A stretch of DNA of 64,000 bases from Elainellaceae cyanobacterium (GTDB lineage Bacteria; Cyanobacteriota; Cyanobacteriia; CAZCXK01): positions 1-64,000 of the forward strand of contig JBNPEG010000002.1 in assembly GCA_051117555.1 (NCBI GenBank), read 5' to 3'. A model generated the notes under the pieces. It was not told the DNA's origin, made no database searches, and saw only the letters and a list, made by a program, of their open reading frames with translations. Below, in pieces: positions 51,701 through 59,906 of the stretch (its first letter is position 1; the number at the start of each line of letters is the position of its first letter). Position numbers and translations under genes: made by a program.

Positions 51701-53102
51701 GAATCAGTCCGGCTTGCTCGAAGTAGCGAATCAGTTGCGGAATGTAGGGTTGTTTGGTGATGACGTGTTTGCGGTAAAGGAGAATGCCGATGGTTGGGGC
51801 GGTTGGGGCAGGTTTGGATAGGGTTGAGGGGGATTGATCTGATGCGTTGGGGCTAAACCCGCCCTTACGCGCGGGGTTGGATAGGGTTGGGGCGGGTTTG
51901 GATAGGGTTGAGGGGGATTGATCCGATGCGTTGGGGCTAAACCCGCCCTTACGCGCGGGGTTGGATGGGGTTGGGGCGGGTTTGGATAGGGTGGAGGGGA
52001 GTTGATTCGATACGTCGGGGCTAAACCCGCCCTTACGCGCGGGGTTGGATGGGGTTGGGGCGGGTTTGGATAGGGTGGAGGGGAGTTGATTCGATACGTC
52101 GGGGCTAAACCCGCCCTTACGAGGGTTGGATGGGGTTGGGGCGGGTTTGGATAGGGTGGAGGGGAGTTGATCTGATACGTTGGAGCTAAACCCGCCCTTA
52201 CGAGGGTTGGATGAGGTTGGGGCGGGTTTGGATAGGGTGGAGGGGAGTTGATCTGATACGTTGGAGCTAAACCCGCCCTTACGAGGGTTGGATGAGGTTG
52301 GGGCGGGTTTGGATAGGGTTGAGGGGAGTTGATTCGATGCGTCGGGGCTAAACCCGCCCGTATCCGATACGTTTTGGCTAAACCCGCCCGTATCCGATAC
52401 GTCGGGGCTAAACCCGCCCGTATGATGATTGATGTACCAACGCAAATATTCGCGGGGTGATTCAAAATAGCCCTCATAATCGGGATGCAGTAGTCCAATA
52501 TTAGGTGCTTCAATTACCGGAGGAATGTCGCCAACGCTCAATCCCAGATAATTCTCCGCTAAGAACCACAGCATTGATGCCACATTATCTGCACCGCCCG
52601 CATTCCAGTAGCCATAGATGATTAACCAGTTTCGCAAATCCTGCACCTTGCCCACTGGAATGAATTTGAGCAGCTTAGGCCCTACTTTCAAAAAGCTAAG
52701 ATAGCCTGCTAATTTGTCTTCTTCTCGCTGATTGCCGCCAAATTTGCTGAGAATAAACTGCACGGGTTTCGGCATTCCTTTGGGCTTATCGCCGATCGCA
52801 AATTTGCCCAATTTTGTCAGGCTCATCAGCTCTAGTGCTGACTCAAATACTAAGCGAACGGGAATTTGTTCGGCGCGTTCTCGCAGCCACAGCACCTGGT
52901 CATAATCAAACAGCAAGCTGCCAAAAAAGACATCGGCTTTGTGCAATGCTGACGCAACCGCATCGGGATGAGCCGTCACGTCGCGATCGCTAAACACTTG
53001 AATCTCTAATTCTGAACAGCGTGCCGTAGCAAGCTCAGCCGCCTGTCGATACAAACCGGCATTAAACGACTCAAATCCAGCAATTAAGACAATGCGCTTC
53101 AT
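48723..53102 (-). CDS. bchH: Magnesium chelatase subunit H family protein (BchH-like paralogue) with an in-frame repeat insertion
   Basis: STIGFPLVGGPA, HFGMHGTMEWLPG, YAANNPSES, PTGRNIHALDP, RTKLLNPKW. Confidence 0.93.
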   Translation of the reverse strand: MKRIVLIAGFESFNAGLYRQAAELATARCSELEIQVFSDRDVTAHPDAVASALHKADVFFGSLLFDYDQVLWLRERAEQIPVRLVFESALELMSLTKLGKFAIGDKPKGMPKPVQFILSKFGGNQREEDKLAGYLSFLKVGPKLLKFIPVGKVQDLRNWLIIYGYWNAGGADNVASMLWFLAENYLGLSVGDIPPVIEAPNIGLLHPDYEGYFESPREYLRWYINHHTGGFSPDVSDTGGFSQNVSDTGGFSPDASNQLPSTLSKPAPTSSNPRKGGFSSNVSDQLPSTLSKPAPTSSNPRKGGFSSNVSDQLPSTLSKPAPTPSNPRKGGFSPDVSNQLPSTLSKPAPTPSNPARKGGFSPDVSNQLPSTLSKPAPTPSNPARKGGFSPNASDQSPSTLSKPAPTLSNPARKGGFSPNASDQSPSTLSKPAPTAPTIGILLYRKHVITKQPYIPQLIRYFEQAGLIPVPIFINGVEGHVAVRDLMTTSYEQDQRQQGHIETPSLSPEAVKVDAIASTIGFPLVGGPAGSMEAGRQVEVAKRILSAKNVPYFVSAPLLIQDIHSWTRQGVGGLQSVVLFALPELDGAIDPVPLGGLVGDRIYLVPERVKRLTGRIKHWIQLHQTPPAERKIAIILYGFPPGYGATGTAALLNVPKSLLKLLQALKQEGYHVGDLPDDGEALIKQVKAADEAYVSQMPHAESLADAPITTVTVRQLEKWLGYLLSSRIAKQWKSLSDSGIRTVGAEHPEDSRYLLGGVQLGNVWIGVQPPLGLQGDPMRLMFERDLTPHPQYAAFYHWLQHDFQADAIVHFGMHGTMEWLPGSPLGNTGYSWSDILLGNIPHFYVYAANNPSESILAKRRGYGVLISHNVPPYGRAGLYKELMALRDLIAEYRENPQKNYPLKEAICQKIVDSGLDADCPFEDAKRLGIEFTPENARMFSQDAFNRYLVKLYEYLQVLENRLFSSGLHVLGAPPTSDQLEGYLKAYLGDAFSEGLMEAIAPHPMETARVPPLQPDASMQPDVLQTARLIRDLLHQNTDEITNLLRGLNGEYIPPAPGGDLLRDGPGVLPTGRNIHALDPYRMPSPAAYERGRAIARKIIAQHLDEHGTYPETVAVMLWGLDAIKTKGESIGILLELVGAEPLKEGTGRIVRYELKPLETLDHPRIDILGNLSGIFRDSFVNIIELLDDLFRRAADADEPVEQNFIRKHALELQSQGIENGSARLFSNPAGDFGSLVNDRVVDGNWESGNELGDTWQGRNTFSYGRHDKGQARPEVLESLLKSTNRIVQQIDSVEYGLTDIQEYYANTGGLKKAAEMQQGKKVTANFVESFSKDTTPRKLEDLLRMEYRTKLLNPKWADAMAAQGSGGAYEISQRMTALMGWAGTTDFKENWVYDQAADTYALDSEMVEKLRKTNPEAFRNIVGRMLEAHGRGFWHPSEEKLEKLRNLYDIADEELEGVTL
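51792..52418 (-). repeat. In-frame REP-derived tandem array (209 aa) inside bchH
   Basis: Two 30-nt units, six 81/84-nt units and a 72-nt partial unit. The long units carry the inverted pair GGGCGGGTTT..AAACCCGCCC. Confidence 0.93.
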
Positions 53103-53408
53103 GGAATGCCCACGTTTTGAACCCTCTATACTTTGATCTTAGAGGGCAAATGATTTTAGCGGGTAAACGAGCGGGGCGATCGCCTCAGATTTTTTGCATT
53201 TCACCTATGACACCACTGCACGAGAATTAAACAGAGCTATCTACGCAAAATTAGGTGAGCTTCCAGGCGGAGCGGCTTGGCTAGCAGGCAGTGAATAGAT
53301 GAGGTTGATATAGAAAAGGGCAGAAGGCAGAAGATAAATACCTGCGCCTGCGTTGTTTCAGCGATTTGAGTTACACTAACGCACACGTCACTTGCTATAA
53401 AATGCGAT

Positions 53409-53543
53409 GTATGCGTTTAGCGCATGTGTGAGATCCCCCGCTGACGCTGCCCCCTTAAAAAGGGGGCTATTTACAGGGTGTTGAAGTCCCCCTTTTCAAG
53501 GGGGATTTAGGGGGATCTCTAGGGCGTTACGCTAAATACATAC
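53409..53543 (-). mobile_element. MITE copy 2 (135 bp) inserted at HIP1
   Basis: Reverse complement aligns end to end with 41729-41860; AATGCGAT duplicated at 53401-53408 and 53544-53551. Confidence 0.85.
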
Positions 53544-53637
53544 AATGCGATCGCATCTGCATAGCTCCTTAATAGGGGATTAAATTCTTCAGAGACTTTT
53601 CAGTCAATTCATTAGCAAAAAGTTCTCTCGCATAGTA

Positions 53638-53928
53638 ATGAACCGCAACGAAATCTTGTCAGCCATCTTAGAGCATGAACAAACTCTCAGAGAAATGGGA
53701 GTTAAGTCATTGGATTTGTTTGGTTCAGTCGCACGAGATGAAGCAAGCGTTGAAAGTGATATAGATTTATTAGTTGAATTTGAGGAAACGGGCGGCTTCT
53801 TCCAACTGTTTCGGGTGAAATACTATTTGGAAGATTTATTAGGTCGAACTATTGATTTAGGAACAGCAAATGCTTTACGCGAACACGCACAAGAATCTGC
53901 GTTAAAGGAGTCTATTCGTGTCTTCTAA
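53638..53928 (+). CDS. Minimal nucleotidyltransferase (MNT) antitoxin
   Basis: LFGSVARDEASVESDIDLLVEF, LEDLLGRTIDL; 96 aa. Confidence 0.9.
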   Translation: MNRNEILSAILEHEQTLREMGVKSLDLFGSVARDEASVESDIDLLVEFEETGGFFQLFRVKYYLEDLLGRTIDLGTANALREHAQESALKESIRVF

Positions 53929-54065
53929 TAGCACACGAGTATTTTCAGGTAGATTTGCAACGAGTTTTGGCAACCATTTCTGAAGATTTGCCTTTACTCG
54001 TATCGCAATTAGAAAGGTTGCTAGAGCAAGATGCTCGCGCTAATCCTGAGACCAATTCTCCTTAA
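53918..54065 (+). pseudogene. HEPN (DUF86/HepT) toxin remnant with an internal deletion
   Basis: Overlapping GTG at 53918, then out-of-frame IAHEYFQVDLQRVLATISEDLPLLVSQLERLLEQD...stop 54065, resembling a DUF86 C-terminus. Confidence 0.72.
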
Positions 54066-54149
54066 GCACACGACCCAGGTTGCATTGGGCACGGCATTTT
54101 CTTTAAGAGAATCGTTCAATAGCCATTGAAATCGAGAATGATCGAATAC

Positions 54150-54310
54150 AGGGCTCAACATGCCATTGTTATAGAGAAACTTCGTATTGTCATGGCTCAA
54201 CATACGAATGTGATCGATGATCTTGCCATTGCAGCCGCTACATTACCAATGCGATCGCCCAACATGCCATTGTCATGGCTCAACATACGAATGTAATCGA
54301 TGATTATGCC
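54150..54310. repeat. Degenerate ~21-nt-period repeat related to 8226-8550
   Basis: ATTGTCATGGCTCAACATACGAATGT occurs twice; shares AACATGCCATTGT and GAATGTAATCGATGAT with the 8.3-8.4 kb array. Confidence 0.6.
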
Positions 54311-54450
54311 AAAACGAGCCGATACTATTCTTTTCGCCCATCCGGTCTGGTCTGAAAACGCGCATAGGCGTTTGTCCACGATGCCTACCCTTTACAATTG
54401 AGAAACATTGGCTCCGCATCCCTGTTTTTGGAATATTTTGCGCATAAGTT

Positions 54451-55035
54451 ATGGATACTGCCATCCATTTGCCGCCTCTTCTCAAACTGAAGCTTGATTT
54501 AACTGATGAGCAATTCTCTCAGCTTTGTCAGCGCCATCCAGATTTAAAGTTTGAACACACGGCAGAGGGAGACCTGATTATTATGTCGCCCACAGGCGGA
54601 GAAACGGGCGATCGCAACTCCGAACTAAATTTTCAAATCCGAGCATGGAATCGTCAGACGAAGATGGGGAAAGTCTTTGACTCTTCAACAGGCTTTAAGC
54701 TACCTAATGGTGCTATTCGCTCTCCTGACACCGCATGGGTCAGTTTAGAGCAATGGAATGCGCTCACCCTAGACGAACGCGAGACGTTTCTACCACTTTG
54801 TCCTGATTTTGTTGTTGAACTGATGTCTCCTAGCGATTCGGTAGACAAAGTTCGTGAAAAGATGCGTGAATATCAAGACAATGGAGCGAAGCTGGGATGG
54901 TTGATTAACCGCAAAGCCCAGCACGTTGAGATTTATCGCCCTAGTCAGCCTATAGAGGTTTTGCCATCTCCGCAAACGCTATCCGGAGAAGACATTTTGC
55001 CAGGATTAACATTAGATTTGACAGGCATCTTATAG
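54451..55035 (+). CDS. Uma2 (DUF820) family endonuclease-fold protein
   Basis: MSPTGGETG, FDSSTGFKLPNGAIRSPD, CPDFVVELMSPSD, KMREY. Confidence 0.93.
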   Translation: MDTAIHLPPLLKLKLDLTDEQFSQLCQRHPDLKFEHTAEGDLIIMSPTGGETGDRNSELNFQIRAWNRQTKMGKVFDSSTGFKLPNGAIRSPDTAWVSLEQWNALTLDERETFLPLCPDFVVELMSPSDSVDKVREKMREYQDNGAKLGWLINRKAQHVEIYRPSQPIEVLPSPQTLSGEDILPGLTLDLTGIL

Positions 55036-55092
55036 CAATCTGCGCGCCACGTACAAAAAGATGCCAATGCATTAAAGACGTTCGGGCTTCAC

Positions 55093-56403
55093 TTATCCCA
55101 TCGAATCCGACCACACGGCGAGCGTGATTCCAGGCGAATAAATATTGAGAAACATCGTGCGACCGTCGGGTGAAAAGCAGATTCCCGCAAATTCAGCGCC
55201 GTTGAGAGCATTGCGAGCAAATCGGTAAAGATTTCCGTCTGGGGTAACGCCGACCACATACTGCTCTCCCCAACCATCTTCGCAGACAAGCAAATCGCCC
55301 CAAGGAGCCATGATCAGGTTGTCAGGAAAATCAAGCAGATCAGGATTATTAGGCTCGATGACCAGCTCGATCGTGCCGCCATCGTCCAACGAGTGTCCTG
55401 GACTATATCGCCAAATTTGTCCGTGAGGAACATCGCCCCCATTGGTGCAGGTGAAATAAAACTGACCGTCGCTGTAGCAAATGCCTTCCCCCCTCGAAAA
55501 CTGGGCCGCGCCCTTGCGAAACCCTTCAGAGCGCACCGTGTCATCGGATGGGTCAACGTCATCGATTCGCACCCAATCGACCGGCATTTTTTGATTCATC
55601 GGAAACCGAGACGCCGTGATTGCATGAGGTCGAGTTGGAATGCGGAGAGCTTCCAAAATGCCGCCCATTTGGAGCCGACCTGGCTGATGAGGAATAAACC
55701 GATAGAACAATCCATCCGATTGGTCTTCAGTTTGATACACAATGCCCGTCTGAGGATCAATGGCGATCGCCTCATGACGAAAGCGCCCCATCGCAGTCAG
55801 CGGGTCTGGCGTCACCGGCTCAGTTGCTGTGATGGGTACTTCAAAGTTGTAGCCATGCGGTTTAGATACATTGTCAGCGCTTCCATGCCGATTCGTCGCC
55901 AAGGTTGAGGTGATTTCTTCACAACTAATCCATGAATTCCACGGCGTCACGCCCCCCGCACAGTTGCGATTGGTGCCCACTAGAGATGCATATTGGCGCA
56001 TCAGTCTGCGATCGCCCGATACGATCAGCGTGGTGGTGCCGCCCTTACATTTCGGATCGTAGTAGTGTTTTAAGGACGCACCAACTTGACTAGACGAACT
56101 TGGCAACAGCTCATGATTGCAAATCAGCACCGTATTGCCATCGGATGATTGAAAAGCTGCCATGCCATCGGGAGCACCCGGCACCGAATAGCCATCATCC
56201 ATGCGATCGCCCAGTTGAGATAGCACTCGATAGCCAAAGCCAGGCGGCAAGTCGAGCAAACCATTTGGGTCAGGACGGAGTGCGCCAAACCGAGATGAAG
56301 CGGTCTGTGTGAATGCGGCGTGAAGCGATCGCGCTTGACTGCCTACCATAGCGGCAGTTCCAACTCCAAATAGGGTTAAAAATTGACGACGGGAAATTGA
56401 CAT
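55093..56403 (-). CDS. phoX: PhoX-family (DUF839) alkaline phosphatase with Tat signal
   Basis: SRRQFL Tat motif, PDGM, NHE, NCAGGVTPW..WISCEE, MGRFRHEA, PDN, EFAG. Confidence 0.88.
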   Translation of the reverse strand: MSISRRQFLTLFGVGTAAMVGSQARSLHAAFTQTASSRFGALRPDPNGLLDLPPGFGYRVLSQLGDRMDDGYSVPGAPDGMAAFQSSDGNTVLICNHELLPSSSSQVGASLKHYYDPKCKGGTTTLIVSGDRRLMRQYASLVGTNRNCAGGVTPWNSWISCEEITSTLATNRHGSADNVSKPHGYNFEVPITATEPVTPDPLTAMGRFRHEAIAIDPQTGIVYQTEDQSDGLFYRFIPHQPGRLQMGGILEALRIPTRPHAITASRFPMNQKMPVDWVRIDDVDPSDDTVRSEGFRKGAAQFSRGEGICYSDGQFYFTCTNGGDVPHGQIWRYSPGHSLDDGGTIELVIEPNNPDLLDFPDNLIMAPWGDLLVCEDGWGEQYVVGVTPDGNLYRFARNALNGAEFAGICFSPDGRTMFLNIYSPGITLAVWSDSMG

Positions 56404-56716
56404 TGAAATCTAAAGTAGCAATACAGATTGGGCGACGTCGGTTTTTAAAAGTCAGCAGTCAGTAATCAGCAATCAGTAATCAGCAATCAGTGTTTCTAGA
56501 AGGTTAACAGAAGACCGATGAATCTTATCGCATGTCTTGCACTAATTGTGATACGTTACGCTGGCGCTGTTGCATTCTATGAGAAGGCTATCCCATTTGT
56601 GACAAAGATCACGCGATTCCACTTTCTAAATCACTACATAGAAATGTTTATCCCATCAATATGTGTAGAAGCTTACTTATTCATGAAAAAAGGTCATGAA
56701 ACTTTAGTGAAAACCT

Positions 56717-57775
56717 ATGAGCCAGCGTAAGAAGATTCTAGTACTAGCGGCTAATCCTCGTGATACGTCTCGTTTACGTCTAGATCAAGAAGTAAGAGAA
56801 ATCAACATAGGATTACAAAGATCAAAAAGAAGAGATTTTTTCGAGCTAAATCAAATATGGGCTGTACGGCCACGCGATTTAAGGCAAGCACTATTAGATG
56901 ATGAGCCACAAATTCTTCACTTTTGTGGACATGGCTTAGAAACTGGAGGTTTATGTCTTGAAAATGAACAAGGAAAGCATTATGTAGTTAATCCAGAAGC
57001 TATAACCCATTTATTTGAATTATGTTCTTCCTATGTTGAGTGTGTAGTTCTTAATGCTTGCTACTCAGAAATTCAAGCAGAATCTATTAGTAAGCATATT
57101 GACTATGTCATTGGAATGAATCAAGGAATTGGGGATAAAGCAGCAATTGAATTTGCGGTTGGATTTTATGACGCCTTAGGTGCAGGACGAAATATTGAGG
57201 ATGCCTATAGATTTGGATGTAATGCGCTCGAATTAGAAGGTATATCCGAATATTTTACTCCCAAATTAAAGATAAGAGGAAGGGATAAGGATATACAACT
57301 AACTTCTCAGTGGGATAATGAAGCTTACGTATCGCTTCATTTAGTGCAAGAAGTACTAGAACAGGCAGGATTACCGCGTAAAAGTCTTCAGTGCCACTGG
57401 TATCCTCAATTTAGAATAAAGACTAAGAGTGTTAACAAGTTTGGTAACTCGCAAGAAATATTTAAGCCCGTTGACTTTTTAATTGAGGATGTCAAACGAG
57501 ATATAAAATTTTTAATTGAAGTTAAATCAGCAAAAAATAAAGTTGATGATTCAGCTAGGTTTCAATTAAGAAGCTACCTTCAACAATCAAAGCTTCGTCA
57601 TGGAGTGCTTATTGATCCATTTAAATTGGAAATATATGAATTTCATGATGGAAGATTTAAGCTCAAGGAGATCTATGACATAGGAAATCCAGAGCATCTA
57701 CAACCTGTTGCAATGTTCCTGAAAAATTATTTGGATTCTATTTCAGATGCGTACAATTGCGATTCATACGTCTAA
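56717..57775 (+). CDS. CHAT protease domain fused to an HsdR-N-like PD-(D/E)XK nuclease domain
   Basis: LAANP..LRLDQEVREI, LHFCGHG, VLNACYS; C-terminal PVDFLI...LIEVKS...FQLRSY. Confidence 0.8.
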   Translation: MSQRKKILVLAANPRDTSRLRLDQEVREINIGLQRSKRRDFFELNQIWAVRPRDLRQALLDDEPQILHFCGHGLETGGLCLENEQGKHYVVNPEAITHLFELCSSYVECVVLNACYSEIQAESISKHIDYVIGMNQGIGDKAAIEFAVGFYDALGAGRNIEDAYRFGCNALELEGISEYFTPKLKIRGRDKDIQLTSQWDNEAYVSLHLVQEVLEQAGLPRKSLQCHWYPQFRIKTKSVNKFGNSQEIFKPVDFLIEDVKRDIKFLIEVKSAKNKVDDSARFQLRSYLQQSKLRHGVLIDPFKLEIYEFHDGRFKLKEIYDIGNPEHLQPVAMFLKNYLDSISDAYNCDSYV

Positions 57776-58679
57776 AGGCGGAGTAGGAAAAACTACCTTG
57801 ACTGTAAACATTGCTTACGAATTGGCAATGATGGGAAGTAAAGTTTTGGTCATTGACTTAGATGATCAAGCTAATAGCAGCTTATATTTAGGTGTAAATA
57901 AAGCTGATGAATTTAATAAGGCTAAGAGCATAAATGAGTTCAATAGAATTTTAGACTCCTTTAGGGGAAGAAAGGAAGTTATAGATTTCTTGAGAGAAGA
58001 TATCGATGCACCTGAATTCGATTATCGTGAATTTATTAATGAGAACTCTCCATTCAATGAATTTATTAAGCAAAGTGGCACTTCTAATGGGCGGATAGAT
58101 GTTTTGCCAGGGAGCTACAGAACAAAAGAAGATGAGATGCTGACGCAAATTGCAGGAGGTGGAGGAATTAAACAAAATCGTTTGTACAGAGCTTTACAAA
58201 GGACTGGCATTTCCAGCTTTTATGATTATGTAATAATTGATACGCCTCCGAATTTGACAATGGCAGGTAGCAATGGCTTGTATGCTTCTCGTTATTTGAT
58301 TGTACCTACTCAGTTAGAGTATTTTTCTGTGTTTGGTGTTAGGTCAGTGATTCGAAATATTCAAAAGACAGTACAATTTGACACGGATAGTCAACGAGGC
58401 AAGGTGCTGGGAATAGTGCCAATGATGACAGAACCTAACAACAAGATTAACAAGCTTGCTGGTCAATTGTTGCAGCAAGTCTTGCCGCCTGAAATTGAGA
58501 TTTTTCCAGAAATTAAGCGAACTACATATTTTGCTGCTGCTGTTAAAGATCGTCTCCCTATTTCGGTTTTCGCAGCAAAGAAACCTAGAAATGCTGGTCA
58601 AGCAGCTATGCAAGTGTCAAAACTTGCTGAGAAGTTACTTGAAAAAATTGATCGTGAAGAAAGCACCAGAGGAAATTAA
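57747..58679 (+). CDS. ParA/Soj family ATPase
   Basis: KGGVGKTT, IDLDDQAN, YVIIDTPP. Confidence 0.9.
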   Translation: MRTIAIHTSKGGVGKTTLTVNIAYELAMMGSKVLVIDLDDQANSSLYLGVNKADEFNKAKSINEFNRILDSFRGRKEVIDFLREDIDAPEFDYREFINENSPFNEFIKQSGTSNGRIDVLPGSYRTKEDEMLTQIAGGGGIKQNRLYRALQRTGISSFYDYVIIDTPPNLTMAGSNGLYASRYLIVPTQLEYFSVFGVRSVIRNIQKTVQFDTDSQRGKVLGIVPMMTEPNNKINKLAGQLLQQVLPPEIEIFPEIKRTTYFAAAVKDRLPISVFAAKKPRNAGQAAMQVSKLAEKLLEKIDREESTRGN

Positions 58680-58681
58680 CA

Positions 58682-59209
58682 ATGGCATTAAAAGTTGAAA
58701 GCGGGCATGGTCTTGTATATTTAAGTCAAATTGTAGAACCAGACGCAATATCAGACATTCCAGAATCTCTGGTAAAAAAGATTGCCAAAAGCTTGGACGA
58801 TTGGGGTTTCAATTTGTCTCTTCCGGTTGTCTGTTTGACTGAAGAAGAAGAAAAATATCAGCTAATAACCGGACTACCAATCTATAGAGCAGCTAAAGAA
58901 TCTGGGATCAAGCAAATCTGGGTTCTTTTGATTGCTCAGAAATCCTCTGAAGTAGAAGAAGCAGTTAAGCAAGTCCAGTTACAGTCGAGCCTAAATGAGA
59001 GAATAGTTGAGTCTGGCAATTTAGATAAATTTATGGATTTTCTTAATGACTCAAAATCACCCCTCACTTCGATTCCTGGCATTAAAGAAGGTTATGCAAG
59101 GTTAATCAAAGCTAAACGTCCATTCACCTCTGTAGATGAAATGAGACGTAAACTAGGTCCAAAGCGATCAATAAATTGGTTCAGATCATATCAAGAAATG
59201 AGCAAATAA
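58682..59209 (+). CDS. ParB/Srx-like domain + helix-hairpin-helix protein
   Basis: IAKSL..GFNLSLPVV...YQLITG..IYRAAKESG; LTSIPGIKEGYARLIKAKRPFTSVDEM. Confidence 0.6.
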   Translation: MALKVESGHGLVYLSQIVEPDAISDIPESLVKKIAKSLDDWGFNLSLPVVCLTEEEEKYQLITGLPIYRAAKESGIKQIWVLLIAQKSSEVEEAVKQVQLQSSLNERIVESGNLDKFMDFLNDSKSPLTSIPGIKEGYARLIKAKRPFTSVDEMRRKLGPKRSINWFRSYQEMSK

Positions 59210-59906
59210 TAAAGTACTTTGATTCTGCTAAAAAGCATCACACTAAACGTTGCATTAGTAGTCATAAGTGACCACATTAAATAGCGAGCGCTCTCGGCAA
59301 CTTTATCAACATCCGCAATCAGTAGCTAATATTATGCTAGGCGGAGCCGTAGCGCACCACTCTAAAAGATCTGAAGCTTAGTTAGCAATCCGCGATCCGC
59401 AGGCAGCAATCAGAGGAGCTTCTAGCTCCTGCCTTCTATAAAAGGCCTTGCTTAATCAAATCATTCATCAAGCACCCGTAAAATTGGAACCTTAATTAAA
59501 TCGTGTCGTCCTTCATCTTATGCGGGCTCCTATAAATTCTATATTCGCGCCGCATTGGGTAATCTACCGAAATAAAGTTGCTCGTTGAACTGAATGATAG
59601 TCATATGAACTAATGAGTTCCTCAGATAAGCAGCTTTTTTGTTCCTCGAATCATACGATTAACCCGACGTTTGTAGTATTCACCTGCATGATTCGCCTAG
59701 ACAAACTCAATAGTATTTGAAGCATCGTCTTAAACCCAATGTGAACGAATACTCTCTCTTGAGATTCTTTACTGCGCTCATACAGAGTTCAACCTAATAC
59801 ATTCCGGTGCATTCTCGTGCGCTATTGGGTTTTAGTCGTACATTCTTACGCATTCGCGCATCGATATTCATCCATTTGCACATCCCAGTCCGAGCCTTAA
59901 AGCAAC

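Noticed and set aside
51792..52418. CRISPR array or intein in bchH
   Set aside because: The inter-repeat segments are near-identical rather than unique, and there are no intein N-terminal Cys/Ser or C-terminal His-Asn motifs.
51731..52513. 260-aa alternative-frame ORF
   Set aside because: It stays open only because the repeat units lack stops; it lies within bchH.
38422..53102. Functional link between the GUN4 domain and nearby bchH/chlG
   Set aside because: The GUN4 domain is fused to a caspase and lies beyond a TM helix; the genes are separated by unrelated loci, so proximity is probably coincidental.
59210..59906. Possible ncRNA or riboswitch in the ~700-nt gap
   Set aside because: Only weak short stems; no motif I can recognise.
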